A stretch of 64,000 nt of DNA from Octopus vulgaris (GCA_951406725.2 OX597829.1:10602001-10666000), one strand, 5' to 3'; shown: positions 32,795 to 48,023, counted from the stretch's first letter. Notes: generated by a model not told the origin, from the letters alone. Numbers and translations are program-made.

Positions 32795-33415
32795 TCTACT
32801 CCTGGCTAACTTTGTTTTTACTATTAAGTCTAGCTATTATGGTAGCCATATTTGGGAGAGTGGAATATGAAATTCTCACTGATTTCCTAGAAATTATTTT
32901 ATGATATCTATGGGAGGCTGGGAAATTTTTTTCCAGTATAGACATAAATTTACTGTACACATTCGTCGTGATCGCACAATTAAAGGTGATATTTAACCAG
33001 GTGACATATTCTCTTTTATGTTTTTGTTTAAGTAAGAGTGGGAAGGATTAGTGTTATCAGTAGTCAAACGAGAATTATTATTCCTTTTAGTATTATTTTT
33101 ATGCCTATTGGGTTTATCTAGGTTAGCATTTTCATATTTATTTACGATCTGTTTACTATTTCTATTCTTATAATTAGGTTTATATACACTAGGTTCTTTT
33201 CCTCTATTGATTTATGTTTATGTAGGGTATGAGAGTCTATATTACTTAAGTCATATACATTCACTACATTATTTAGGAGATTTAAGCTATCAATATCTAG
33301 GAAGGTGATTTCCTGGTCATATCCAGCCTTAGATAATGCAACATTATAATGATTAGAGTGAGAGTTAAAGATTTCACTATTTGATGATAATTTTGAAAGT
33401 CTTTGAGAAATATTT

Positions 33416-34533
33416 TTAACAAATGATTTTAGTATGTTCGCGGGGGGGAGTGATTGGATGACTTATAGTAACTTCACCCTCCTTTCTAAATGAGTAATAT
33501 AACTTTGAATTTAAGTCTAAGGTAATGTCTAGGAAATTAACTATCTTGGTGTTAGGTTCATACGTAATGCCTAGGTTAAAATCTTTGAAAAATTTACTAA
33601 TTTTCTTTTTTATCCTCTCAATACTTGATTTATTGTTGCTAGGTACAATAAACAAAGCATCATCCCTATATAGATCACCTTGTAATCCAGGGATATCTCT
33701 GTTTATGCATTTTAATAAATATGCTCCTACCAGATTTGTTATCTCCGCAGATATATCAAAATTATTAGGGGTATCCGCCCTAGTCCATAATTTTCCTTCA
33801 AATTCGATGATAGTTTTTCTAGCTAATGGGTGATGTCAAATTCTTCCCTAGATATGAGAGAGGCGTTCTTAGCAAAAATAAGTGATTTATTAAGTAGAAT
33901 GGGGGATATTCTAGAATAGTAATTGTTAATGTCAAATTGGATACAAGAAATTCTATTAGTGTTATCTAGAGATTTAAACCAATCTATTACCTCATCTTTA
34001 TTAATCCATAGACTCAAGGGGAGGTTAGGAATTATATGGGGTAGAATATTGTCCAAAATAGATTTGCTAAGTCGGCCAATGTCAGACTTATTTGGACATA
34101 TGAGTCTTACTGAAGGGTTTTCGGAGAAAGTTTTCTTATAGTCCTTAAGATTGATCCTGGGTTCACGTGGTTTTAGAGGCTCCGTTCTATTTACCATAAC
34201 ATTTTTGATTTCTAAATTAATCTCTCTCAGGTTTTTCTTTGTTGTTACTTTATACCTTAAATTTAGTTCCTTTCTAATGAGCTTGCTGTAAGTTGCATAA
34301 TCCATTCTGTAAAGGTTTCCAGTTTTGTTAGCTGGGACCAGGATGCCTTGTTTATCTTGAAGATATTTAATGAAATCCTTTAGATGTCTAAGGTGTGGAT
34401 TATACCTTAGTGGATGTTCCTTGAACTTAATATTCGCGATAAGGTCCAGTAGATCCTTTTCAAAGCTTTCAAGAAATGGATTCGGAGGTGGGCTTTTCCT
34501 ACTTCTAAGAATCTTTTTGTAGCGATTATTCAA
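33416..34533 (-). pseudogene. Penelope-type reverse transcriptase fragments
   Basis: ORFs 33823-34533 and 33416-33655, plus the YRDD motif between them. Frameshifted. Confidence 0.85.
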
Positions 34534-34579
34534 TTGTGTTAGTTGAAGGTCTTCTTTCGGTTTGGTATCGTGGTGGTAA

Positions 34580-34629
<50 letters not shown>

Positions 34630-34645
34630 ATATATATATATATCC

Positions 34646-34838
34646 GTAAAATAATATGTGACAATTATTCAATAGCCAAGATAAAACTCTGAGTTTCGGA
34701 TGCCGAGGTGGAAATCCACAACACCATATCTTCGGTTATCTGGCCAGATAACCGAAGAGATGATGTGGATTTCCACCTCGGCATCCGAAACTCAGAGTTT
34801 TATCTTGGCTATTGAATAATTGTCACATATTATTTTAC
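34646..34838. repeat. Palindrome with two opposed U4C hammerhead variants (34680-34740 minus, 34747-34804 plus)
   Basis: Centre tggcca at 34741-34746. The plus arm reads GAUAA-CCGAAGA-GAUG...CAUC-C-GAAAC-UCAGA-GUU-UUAUC. Confidence 0.75.
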
Positions 34839-36094
34839 AGATAAATTTCCTCTATTTACATAGGTCTCTTTCTTTTGTTATCTTACCGTTTTTACCAATA
34901 TATATATATAATACAAAATGGGACAACAAAACATCCAGATAGACGATACAAGGAAAACAAGGATGGGTCATTCGAAGTTTTCTTTCCTCAGTCGAGTACC
35001 AGATTATCTTCGCAATTTCGGTTGATTATACTCGAGATTGTTCCAGTCTGGCCAGCCGCAAGGAAAAACTAAGCTCAGAGCATTAGATTCCTTGGAAGAA
35101 AGCAGCGAATGTATACAAAAACAAGGACGAAAAAACGGACAATGTTACGCAAATACAATAAAAATGATAACCGGACATAACAACAGGTGTCTTTCGACTA
35201 AGGACGAATTAAATTAAACTGGCGTGTGTGGAAATGAAGACTTACGGCAGGGATACAAGATTTCACAGGGAGGAATATCGATGTTGCACAGACAACGGCC
35301 AGACCAAGAAAGAAAGATCAGGCTTGGCCGAACGCCGGTCACGTGGGCAAAGAGGAGAGAGAGGTAGATGTAGAGGGATAGATGAATTAAGGAGGGACGA
35401 GAAAAAATGACAGGGACACAGTGAAGTGAAAAGTGGAGGGAAAGTGAGCAAGAAGAGAAGACAATGAAATGTGAGAGAGGGGGAATAAAAGAACGAAGAG
35501 TGGAATGAACGAATAAGTGTGAAAGGGCTGATAGACAGAAATAGAGTCGTACAAGATTTAGAAAAATGTATATGCGTATATACTAAGCAGGTGTGCGTGC
35601 GTGTATCTGTGTATGTATATAGATATGTGTCTGTATATATGTATATATATATCTATACATGTGTGTGTTCGTGTGTTGTGTATAGTCTTTATTCTTTTAT
35701 GTGTTTCAGCTCAAAAGCAGTGGCCATGCTGGGGCACCTATTCAACAGTCATTCTTTTGTGATTGGCTTTTAGTGAAGGAAGGAGTTTGATGTTGCTGCC
35801 TTTTTTTGTTCCATAATTTAATAACATATTGTTTTTAAAACTTTTCATTTGTTTCTCCAGTAAGAGTCATTTTTAAATATCTTCCTTTTCCCGTTTATCT
35901 ATTTATCGAACAGAAAGCAGATTGTGAAATTCTCTGTATCTGGCATAACGTACCTATGCAAGTATGGTTACGTAATGAAAGAATTCCTTTTTCCAACTAT
36001 GTCGTTATAGATTCGATGCCATTGCACATCTTCCTCTGTAAGCGTGTCGTAATATGGCCAATTAGATGAAAAAAAAATATGATGATGATGTTTT

Positions 36095-36490
36095 TACCAA
36101 AGGGTCAACAATATTGATGGGAGAGGCATGTCGATTGAATCGACCTCAGTTTTTTATCGTAATTTTGTATTATCGACTCCGAAAGGATGAAGGGTAAAGG
36201 AAACCTCGGCAGGAATTTTCTTCCTGTTTTTTTTCGACGCTCTAACAATTCTGCCAGTACATTGCCTTTAAATGGTTTGTGATTGAGGCACAAAGTCAAC
36301 AGTAGTTGGATGGGGGAGATGTAGTCGATAATATCCACACCAGTATTTCACGGATATATTACTCTATTGACCTCGGAGGGATGAATGGCAAAGATAACTT
36401 TCGCAGAATTTGAACTAATAAAGAGCCGGAAGAGAATACCGCGTGGCAATTTTTCAAACGCTTTAACGTTTCCACCAGCCGCTGCCTTAC
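36095..36490 (-). mobile_element. Decayed MetaSINE-like copies
   Basis: tatcgactccgaaaggatgaagggtaaagg..cctcggc, followed by a second decayed copy. Confidence 0.55.
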
Positions 36491-37671
36491 TGTAGAATTG
36501 ATATCTTCTTTTTACGTTCACAATGGCTTGAAGTAGAGAAGAAATAGTATTTTTGTTGACTTTTGTTGACTTTTCTTAAGGATTAATTTGTTACAACAGC
36601 TGTACTATATTTGAATATATTTCTTTAATATGATATATTTCGTCTACAGCAAAAGATTTATCTTGAGGATGATACAACAAAAGTTGTGGTATGTTTTAGA
36701 AAATATATGTTATCTTCTATTCAAAGATTTTTTTAATGAAGACTTTCTTTTTCATGAAAATAAAAGGACGTCATGACACTTATGTCCTATACTAATGACC
36801 ATAAATGGAATCACTTCGTTGAAAATACGTTTATGATTGGTATTTACATTTTTAACTCCTGAAAGAAAAAAAAAACGTAACTAAATGCTGCAAAACTTTA
36901 TTCTTCCCCCTCTCTGACACAGATACATAGACACACACAAACACACGCATACACACACACACACACACACAAATATATATATGTGTGTGTATATGTATAT
37001 GTATGAATATATATATATTATTTATGCATATAAGTATATGTGTGTATGTGTGCATTTGTATATATATGCACACACAGGTAAATACATATATATGTGTTCA
37101 AATATATTATATATGTTTGTATGTTTGAGTGTATGCGTATGTTTGTTTATGTTTGTGCAGTGTGTATGAGTATGTGTGTGTGTGCCCGCTAGAGCCCGCG
37201 CGTGGAAGTGTGTGCATGTATGTATGCATAAATAGTTATGCTGTACAGATTTGACGTATGAACAAAGATACCCCAAAGTTAGCAAGAGAAGAGGAGAGAT
37301 GTGAATAGCTCAGATACCACCCATAGGTGCAGATGTTAAAGGGCATGGAATCTCCTCTCACTTTATCATGTATGGTTATAAATTAAGACAGAAGGAAACC
37401 GAATATGTCAGTGCACATTATTAGAATTAAATATCATGAACAAACTTTGCACATGGCCTAAAATTCTAGCTTGCCAGGGTTGTAAGTGAAGGAATGGAAA
37501 ATGGCATTTGGTCCGGTGATCCACTGATTTACCATGCTAGGTGCAATCTCTAAACACAAAATAGAGGTCTACTGTTCATATCTGTGTCTATATTTATCTT
37601 TCTTCCCAATCTTACATGCTGTCTGTTAATCTCTCTCTTTCTCTCTCAATCTCTCTCTCTCTCGCGTGTAT

Positions 37672-37724
<53 letters not shown>

Positions 37725-37860
37725 AAAGGGTTGAATGAGATTCGTCCTTTCATTTGGAGGTTTCCGAAGAAAGATTTCTAATATTGATTCTTCATATTTT
37801 TCTGGTAGCTTACTGGTGTAAATTTGCAAATATGAGAATAATACTTGAATATGGTGTGTT

Positions 37861-37934
<74 letters not shown>

Positions 37935-37935
37935 C

Positions 37936-38110
37936 AGGGAAAGTTTACGAAAATAAACAAAAGACGAAGGCAGTTGGAGTACAAACAAACAAATGTATTA
38001 GTATAGCGCTCAGGAATAGAAAGTCTTTTACGTTTCGAGCTTACGCTCTTCAACAGAAAGATACACAGAAAAAAACAAGGAGAGAAAAAATGCGTGTAGT
38101 AGCTAACGAT
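37936..38110 (-). mobile_element. A6U-hammerhead repeat copy (HHR 38024-38061)
   Basis: UCUUU-CUGUUGA-A-GAGC-GUAA-GCUC-GAAAC-GUA-AAAGA; follows (TA)n. Confidence 0.75.
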
Positions 38111-38537
38111 CTCTCTCTCTCTCTATATATATATATATAACGATATATATAACGATATATATACACGCACACACACATACATACATATATAAGAAAGGAG
38201 AGAATGAATAAATAGAATTCATTAGATTCTTTATTAATCACAACGATTGATAAGACTAGGTGTTCACAGATGGAATGCTTTAATTATAAGACTACTTTAG
38301 CTGAGCCACGATACTCGATTAGAGTTGATAGTTGTGCATCGGTCAGTTGTGGGTGAGATTCTGTACAACTGGATAAGCCACCCATACTTGCATACAACTC
38401 AACAAGAACTCACTATTTGAATGGACCATAAACAGAACTTGATTTAAAAAGGACTTAGATAATTCTATCAGGTGGTGCTGTTAAGTTAGACATAGCGTGG
38501 ACCAATCTTTGGTCGAAACATATCTAAATTTTATCGA

Positions 38538-38651
<114 letters not shown>

Positions 38652-40989
38652 TACATATATATGATACACATCAACACATACGCATGTGTGTAGATGTATT
38701 ATTTTATGTGTGTGTGTGTGTGTGTGTGCATGTATGTATGCATGTGTGTATGCATAATTATTCATGCGTACTTAACTATTTATTACAAATGTGATATTTT
38801 ACGAAAGAAATTCAGTTTTCGCTAAATCAATATTTCATAAGAAACTGAATTACATGGTTCCATATGATCTGTTAAATTTACGAATGCAAGGTTTGTTGGA
38901 ATATTAAGTCCATAAAATACATCTATTTACATTACAGGTGTCTTAGCTTGTAGGTTCATTTAGAAAGTGATATATACACGCATACATACATACACACGTA
39001 GTTATACGCATACACACATATATATGTGTGTCTATATATACATCGGAGATTGAAATGCTTGTCTTGCATATTGGAATAGGTTTTTGGTTAGCTTCAATGA
39101 CTAAATAGGAAGTTTCACGTAGAAATTATCCACATCGAACAAAATATGGAGCATTAACTTACTAAATCTCCCTCAACTCATAACCCGCCATCTTATGATA
39201 AGAACATTGCCCAAGTGTATCCCAGATATACTAAGACTAGATATTCACAGATGGAATACTTCAATTATAAGACTACAGTTTAGCTGAGCAACGATACTAA
39301 ATTAGAGTGGATGGTTGTAAGAATGGTTATGCACATCTACACAATTGACATGCTCGTCTGAATGTGCAGTATGTTTCCTGTTTTTGCGTGTGAATTGAAC
39401 ACCAACTAAATTTCGACCTATTATCTGCCTGCAATTCGTCTCATCTGGGGTTCCGCGAATAAAGATGCGAATGATATTGCCAAAGTTTTCTTAAAGGATA
39501 ATTAGTCATTACAGTTACTGCAGGACCTGTAGCAAGGAGAGAATAGAAAACACGAGAGGAACCACAGATTAGTCAGAGATACTCAGGGTGGAGGTAGTGT
39601 GCATTTAGTTAGCTCTGAAAAGCAGAGGATGTAACAAAGCTAAAAGTGGACATTTGAAGAGAACAGCTCATATGTGAGCAAGTGGTACATGTATGTATGT
39701 GAGGCACTCCTTGCAGATTTGTTGTCATGTGATTTTCTCATGGAAGTGGTTTATGATGTCCGTGTCTGTAGCAGCCGCAGTAGGCAGAATTCCAGGTGTG
39801 ATAGAACTCCACTGAGACAAGTTTAGTCCATGAGGTTGTACATTTTCTACGTTATAGATATGAGATCGTCGTTTATAAACTTTAGGTTTCTATTAGACAT
39901 ATAGTCCATATATATTAGAAGAGAGGCAAAGAGGAAGATACAACATTTATAATTTTTTAAAGCATATTGACATTGTAAACGTCGTTAAATGAGTTTATCA
40001 AGGAATGAAAAACAACTTAATATGTTTGTGTTGCAATCAAGGAGTTTGGTGTTCGATCCAAATGTACAGTACAATGGGTATTTTCTACAATAATTTTCTG
40101 TCGTCTCAAGATCACAGCTTGAAGTTTGGAATATTGGAATACATAAACTATTTTGAAGCCATTCGGATTGACTTTATTTTCTTCTTAGTAGAGGGAAACT
40201 AAATCTCTGATGTCCAGTTTTAAAACACCAATACTCTGTTGCAATCATTCAGATAAGGTTTGTAGTCTGAGAATAAATCGCTTCTCATTTCTTGCCACCA
40301 ATCGTGGAGACCTCCTGACTAATGTGTGTGTGTCTGTGTGTGCACATGCGTGTGTGTATGTTTGTATGTATGTACGTACGTACGTATTAGCCAACAGCTT
40401 GCCTTGCTTCTTTTCTTTAAAGCTACCACAATTGCAAATATGTATAGTTAAACATGGTAAGTAATTAAGATTTCATTATCATACAATTATTATAGTTATA
40501 ATTATTTAGCTTTGAAGCTGATTCTGAATAGAATACTTTTTCTCTTGTTTCCTATCTTTCTTTTTTTCTGCGGGTTGGGGCTGTGGTGGACTGGTGCCGC
40601 AGAGAAATTTTTCTAATCGTTTGTCCAGCTGGCTTGCATTATAAAATTGGCAATTTCTCACATGCTTACTCACTTATTTTGATAGAGGATTATTCGGCTA
40701 TCAGCTTATCAAATCAAGTAATTGTATTTTCATGACAAAAAATGTATATCAGTTTGTGGAGGAGTGCTGTTGACATTTTCGTATCAAATTGATTACAAAT
40801 TTGCAGTTAGTTTAAAAGTTGCGCATTCAAAAGAATTGTCATCAATACCGAATTTTGTGATTATATCATCTTTCCTTTAAGGAACATCAACAAATAACAA
40901 CGCATAACTATCTATGTACACATCTTTCGGGGTTTCTCATTTACGTTGTGCTTTAAACACGTACACACACACACACACACAAACATACA

Positions 40990-41260
40990 TGAGGGTTCAG
41001 CTTTTTGCCGAATGATCTGCATAAATGATTTGTTTATTGTGATCAAATTTATGTGTTGTACATTATCTCATTCCCTTCATCAACTCGACGTTGTCTGAAC
41101 AGGTACATGGTGTACCGCGATTCAATATGGAAGAGATCACAGAGCAACGTGAGATGAAGTCTTTTGCTCAAAACCATATCGACCCACCCAATCTACGAAT
41201 TGAAGCCACGATCTACCAATCGTCAGTGCAACACCCTAACCACTAAGTCATGGGCCCTCA
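40990..41260 (-). mobile_element. SINE-like repeat
   Basis: Homologous to 12075-12280, with a decayed tRNA-like head at the high-coordinate end. Confidence 0.6.
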
Positions 41261-41273
41261 CATGTAATATTAT

Positions 41274-41316
<43 letters not shown>

Positions 41317-41339
41317 ATATATATGTGTGTATATGTATA

Positions 41340-41390
<51 letters not shown>

Positions 41391-41637
41391 CTTTGATCTT
41401 AGCCAATAAATGCATATTTTATATATATGTGTGTGTGTGTGTGTGTAAAATACACACTGCGTACAGGACATCAGCAACGAGTTGAGAATGCGTAAAGCAC
41501 AAGAGAAAAGAACAGGACAAAATACCAATAGAAGATAACTCCTCATCAGTTGTTGGGCTATATATTACTCCCTATTTCGTGCTTTCAACGACATATAAAT
41601 ATATATATATATATACTTCTATATATATATACGTATA

Positions 41638-42343
<706 letters not shown>

Positions 42344-42779
42344 GATGGATGGATGGGTGCATAGATGTACGCAGGCTGGTGCAAAAAAGTAGGTATAGAG
42401 TTATGAAAAAAATCACGAACGATACTCATCTATTTTTCATCAAAAAATTAAAAGTTACGATAAAAGTATTATTATAGTTATGTTAAATGTACTATTATGA
42501 TTAACGACACTGAAAATGTAAAAATGAGGCGAATTTAATGTGCTAATAATTTTAATAAATAAGTATTGTATAGATTGATACTTACTATATAACAACTTTT
42601 GTAGTGATATGTATATATATATATATATATATACGTTATACTATATTACATTATATTATTATATTATATTATTCATTACATAACCGACTAGCTGTATTAT
42701 ATGCAAATGGGGACTGGAGTTAATGTTGCATGCATCTTAAAGTAGAGCTTATATTCAAAGTCCTCTGGATATATACCAT

Positions 42780-42954
42780 AGGATGCTGGAAATTCTTGGC
42801 TTTGGGTAAAACAAAATGCAGGAGAGATTCATACACTTATTGAAGTGGTCCTTCAGTTTTTTCTAAGACTTGTAAAAGAACTTGTAATATTGAGCCTCTA
42901 ACCAGGCTTTTCGCGAGACCCTTACAGTCAGGAGCTTTTCAACACTCACTCGTA
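42780..42954 (-). mobile_element. Mariner-derived non-autonomous element
   Basis: Reverse-complement homologue of 5022-5231. Confidence 0.55.
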
Positions 42955-43124
42955 TATAGCCTTTCATCTTTTCGGGGTTGATTAAATAAGTACCAGTTAC
43001 GCACTGGGGTCGATGTTATCGACTTAATCCCTTTGTCTGTCCTTGTTTTTCCCCCAATGTTTAGCCCCCTGTGGGCAATAAAAAGAAAAATATATATATA
43101 CAGACACACACACACACACACACG

Positions 43125-43204
<80 letters not shown>

Positions 43205-43918
43205 TATATACATATGTATATACGTATATTAGACAAATTATTATATGTCAAAATATTTTGTAATACTTTTAATAAAATACGTACAATAACCGTTTGAAAC
43301 AAGCACGCTTGGACAGATTATGTTATACTAATAAGGTTCAATACTATCGAACTTTGGCCATATCCGTTACTTTGTTTCCTAAGAAAGGTCACATGTTTCC
43401 TTAGCTATTCAAAGTAATTTTTCGAAATTGATAATTATTTTCTTAAAATTAACTCCCCTGTTCTTCGATAGTCGCTTGGGATTGTTTCCTGCAAATAAGA
43501 TAGAAATTTGAAGTCACTAAGAAATGTTTTCATACGCCAATAATTACGTCAGAACTTGTAACTCAGAATCACGAAAGGTTAATGAAAAGATTTCCGAAGT
43601 GAGATGACTTGTTAAAATATTTACATATTCTGATTGGAATTCTATAGATTACAAAAAGGAAGAAAAGTGACAACAAATTCTACCCCGCCCCATATATTTA
43701 CTTACATATGTATATATGTCTATATATATATGTATATATACATGGTGGTTGTCTACTCCTTATGCAGAGTCTGACTACCTCTTGTACTTACACCTTAGAT
43801 CAATCATGTGGCTTTTTTAAACCAGACAATGTTTCGAAAAAAACACCCACATAAATTGCATATCCGATTTGAATGACCAAGAGCTGCAGTTATATATTCA
43901 CACACACACACAAACACA

Positions 43919-43975
<57 letters not shown>

Positions 43976-44269
43976 CTTTTATATGGATTCCATATATATA
44001 TATATATATATATATATGTACTATTATGTACTCTTCCGTTATTAGTGGAACCAACAGAAAAGAACATTTACACGATTTAGATATGAGCTACAATAAGTTT
44101 CCTATTCTGGTAATACAGTAGTCGGACAAGGTTGTATAATGTGCAGGGTAGTGCACAGCACACTATAGAAGGTCGTCCAACAACTGTACAACCAGAGCAT
44201 GAAACATATTTTAGTACACATTTAAATCGCATTTATTAAATGATATACGTAAATGTATACATATATATA

Positions 44270-44782
44270 TCTATATATATAAAACTGTAGTTGTGTGAGT
44301 GTCTGGCCCCTTCGATTAAGATTCCTAACTACTCCCACATTTTGTGGTGCAGTTTAACCAAATTCAGGTATCTTATAGTCGTTATTCATATCAAGCCCGT
44401 CTGCCTATTAGCGCGCGTCTACGATGAGTCTACGATTTTAAAAATAATTTAACATCATTTTTTATTCCATTTTAATGCATACTTTTTCGTGTGTCGATGG
44501 CGGCGGAGTTGGCGTCCATGGTCACACCTGCACCTGTTTGCTTCTCCCCCTTCTTCCCTCCCTCGTGAAGCTGCGGGGAAGGGAGTGTAAGGAAATCAAC
44601 GTCGTAAAGCGTTGTCAAGGAGACCAGCGTTCTTTTAGAACAACGACTTCATGGCTTGAAGACACCAAAACAGAAATGGCTAAGAAAGCCCGAATTGGCA
44701 TCTATAAGGGAAGTAACTCTCTAAAAATGCTTATAGAGTTATTTCCCTTACAAACCCGAGCAACGCCGGGCGATACTGCTAG
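44270..44782 (+). mobile_element. Non-autonomous Helitron
   Basis: 5' TC start, subterminal hairpin cccgagcaacgccggg, 3' CTAG, inserted between A and T. Confidence 0.8.
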
Positions 44783-44831
<49 letters not shown>

Positions 44832-44832
44832 A

Positions 44833-44970
44833 TAAGGAAGGATTAACAAAAAAAGACAAAAGATGAAGACAGGTAGTGTGGACAAGAAACAGATGTATTA
44901 GTATAACGCTCGGGAAGTGAAGAAGTCTTTAACGTTTCGAGCCTACGCTCTTCCACAGAAAGAAACAAGG
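44833..44970 (-). mobile_element. A6U-hammerhead repeat copy (HHR 44926-44963)
   Basis: UCUUU-CUGUGGA-A-GAGC-GUAG-GCUC-GAAAC-GUU-AAAGA. Confidence 0.75.
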
Positions 44971-45105
44971 AGGTCGCACCAGTTGATTCTGTCCCCTATC
45001 AACACAGACTAACTTCTACGGATTCTCTACTGGACTTTCTACACCTCAGTTGCACCTCTCCTGTCTATGGATTACAATGGACTCGTCTCTCTCTCTCTCT
45101 CTCTC

Positions 45106-45149
<44 letters not shown>

Positions 45150-45187
45150 TAAATATATATATATACATATATATATGTAGTTATATA

Positions 45188-45261
<74 letters not shown>

Positions 45262-45266
<5 letters not shown>

Positions 45267-45415
45267 CAGAGTAAACACATAAATGTGAAACAAGGTGGAA
45301 ATACTGAGTACTCAAATACCAGGGGTTGAGTAATATGCTTTATTTAAAAGCAGCAGAAATTCAGCAAAACCTGTTACTCGGAGTTTCACCTTCCCGTTCG
45401 TCGGACAGTTTTGTT
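45262..45415 (-). mobile_element. About 150-bp repeat with a U4C hammerhead variant (HHR 45365-45413)
   Basis: CAAAA-CUGU-CCGACGA-ACG-GGAA-GGU-GAAAC-UCCGA-GUA-ACAG-GUUUUG; lies between (TA)n tracts. Confidence 0.68.
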
Positions 45416-46207
45416 TATATATATAAATATGTCAATGTATGTGTTTGTATATATATATATATATATTATATAACTTATATATATACGTACGTATATATAC
45501 ACATGTACACACATACATGCATACATACGTATTGTTGACATTTGGAGTGTTGTCAGGTACTCTAGCGGTCAAAGAATCTAATATTCTTAGAATTATTCCG
45601 TAAGAAATTTGCTTACATTGCATTCTAGCTCATCAGTCTATGAACTGGCGGTGAGGGATGCAAAACCATTGTAGTTTAGGAAAGGAAAGGAATATCTTTT
45701 ATAGGTATTTGGTAAGGAATCTGCCGATAAATAATTTTTCTTTTGTACAAGCTAATATCTTTAAATATATTTAACATCCTTTGCTCTAATTGCTAATTTT
45801 ATTTACCTTATGGTATACTTCCATCTCTGCTTAAAAATACTGCTTGAATGTCATTTTGACTCCGACCAAGTTATATTTGTTCACACAGCGATTCGGCTTT
45901 TAAACTTTGTATAATAATTTTCAAGCAGGAATTTGTTTTATAATTCTGAACTCTTCCACAGCTGCATGCAACTCTTCCTGTGAACACTAATAGCTTTTAC
46001 AAAGACTGGTTCTATTTAATTTCTGCATTCAGCAAATCAAATGTAATTAATAAAATAAGTATATTTGATCAAAGAGCTCGTTTCAGGCGCTTTCCACATA
46101 GAATGAATGAGAAATTTTTGAATTTAGTTAATCATCTTAACAGACATTTTAATTTTTAGCATTGTTGTTGATGTTTTTTATTTGTTTGCTTATATTTTTT
46201 CTCTCTC

Positions 46208-46287
<80 letters not shown>

Positions 46288-46430
46288 TTTTTTTTTAGCG
46301 TTACATGAGAACTTTTCGCTACTGAAGCGGTAATGGAATTAATACAATTATATTATTGACCAAGCACAACGATACCATATTTTATGAGAATGAAATCATA
46401 CACATATGCCTTTATGTACGTGCACACATA

Positions 46431-46473
<43 letters not shown>

Positions 46474-46498
46474 CAGACAGACAGACAGACAGACAGAG

Positions 46499-46576
<78 letters not shown>

Positions 46577-47936
46577 ACAGCAGGAGGTATTAGATAATCC
46601 AAGCCTTTACTGCAGGAAGTAGGGAAACGATCGACGGCAATCTGAAATTGCATAAATGAGAATTTCTCCTGTAGAAAATCCATTATACATAAATATCTCT
46701 CTCTCCTCTCTCTTTCTCTTCCTCTCCCTCTCTCTCTCTCACCCTATCACTCCTTTCTCTCTTTCTATCTATCTATATCTAGACTGATGTCTATCTATCG
46801 CTTTCTCTCCCGCCTCTCTCTCTCTCTCTGTATATACATATATGTATATGTAATATTTAATTATAAGAATTCTTTAATCAGCGATTGCCTGAGTAAAAAA
46901 GGAAGCAGAGAAGTCCACAGCTAAAAAATGGTTGAGAATCACCGCTCTAGAAAGTGTCTTAAGAAGGATATAACTGTTATTTCTCGCATGTCGAGTGATC
47001 ACGTAGAGGCTACCACACTAAATTAATCTAAGCTACTGCTATTAGATTGGATTATCGGATTGAGCGGACCAATAACATTATTTCAACCGTGACGGTCCCA
47101 TCTTTTTCTGGATATGTAGTTCTACATTATCCAATGTGTCCTTCCATTCCTCAAGAAAGTTAGGTTTGACTTGAAGGGAATTTCGGATCTATTACTAGCA
47201 GACCAAGTAAGAGGTTTGATAAGACCATGTTGCCTTAAAGTATTACACATGGACTCCCGCGTTATGGTAGCATGACCAAAATATTTCTTGGTAAATTCTG
47301 TTATATGGAAGTCGATGATCATGAAAATTAATGATATATATGATTCGTGTCGTGGAATTCCACGTTACAGTGAATTACTTTAGACATCCGACAAGGTTCA
47401 TAACCTGAGGGATACTTGTATTTTGAAGCTGATCTTATCAGTCCAGATATCTCTTCAGCACGATTATTATAACATAAGCAACCTGTAAGCAAATAGATAC
47501 AGAGGGGGAGTCACCTATAATGCAAAATGAATGACTGAAGAAAAAGCTACATGAATTGGTAACAGTAATGTCTCGTTCTATTTTTGATGAAGCCCGGAAC
47601 TTATAATTCATTAAAACTGTATTTGTTATAATGAAAATAAATAACATCTAAATGTAAAATTCTATTGAAAAACGACAAGAGAGTCGGCTGTATTACAATT
47701 GTTTGAAGGGCTGTGGGATGCCATTCACATAGTCATTGTATTTCTCCAGAATTTGAGAGGGGTTTAATGTGGGTCTAGCAACCGCGTCGCAGTAAAAAAT
47801 TATAATGTTCCACAGAAGGCGTTCAGGACCGACCCGGTTTGCAGAATAAACAATAGTAACAACAACAACATCAAAAACAACAACTATAACAACAACAACA
47901 ACAATAATATTAACAAAAATAATGAAAATAATAATG

Positions 47937-48003
<67 letters not shown>

Positions 48004-48023
48004 TTATAATAATAATAATAATA

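Larger units (their letters stand above)
31032..34580 (-). mobile_element. Penelope-like retroelement, probably Naiad-type, degenerate
   Basis: RT pieces NPSVRLICPNKSDIG, FDINNYY, GDLYRDD (about 33660-33685) and NFLDITLDL. C-terminal GIY-YIG with CNC..CP..G.C, CQLC and CIH. HHR near the 3' end. (TA)n at both ends. Confidence 0.88.

Noticed and set aside
34995-35055. Minus-strand CCAGA...GAAAUUGCGAAGAUAAUCUGG in a TA-flanked repeat
   Set aside because: The stem I and GAAA half look hammerhead-like, but the 5' core lacks a 3-8 pair and a clear stem II.
41540-41590. Minus-strand GAAAU...CUGAUGAGG (permuted hammerhead-like order)
   Set aside because: Stems I and III do not pair in this copy; at most a relic.
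44018-44217. GUACUA/UAGUAC helix closing a segment ending GAAACAUAUUU
   Set aside because: The 5' core (UUAUGUA) is too far from CUGANGA to call a hammerhead.
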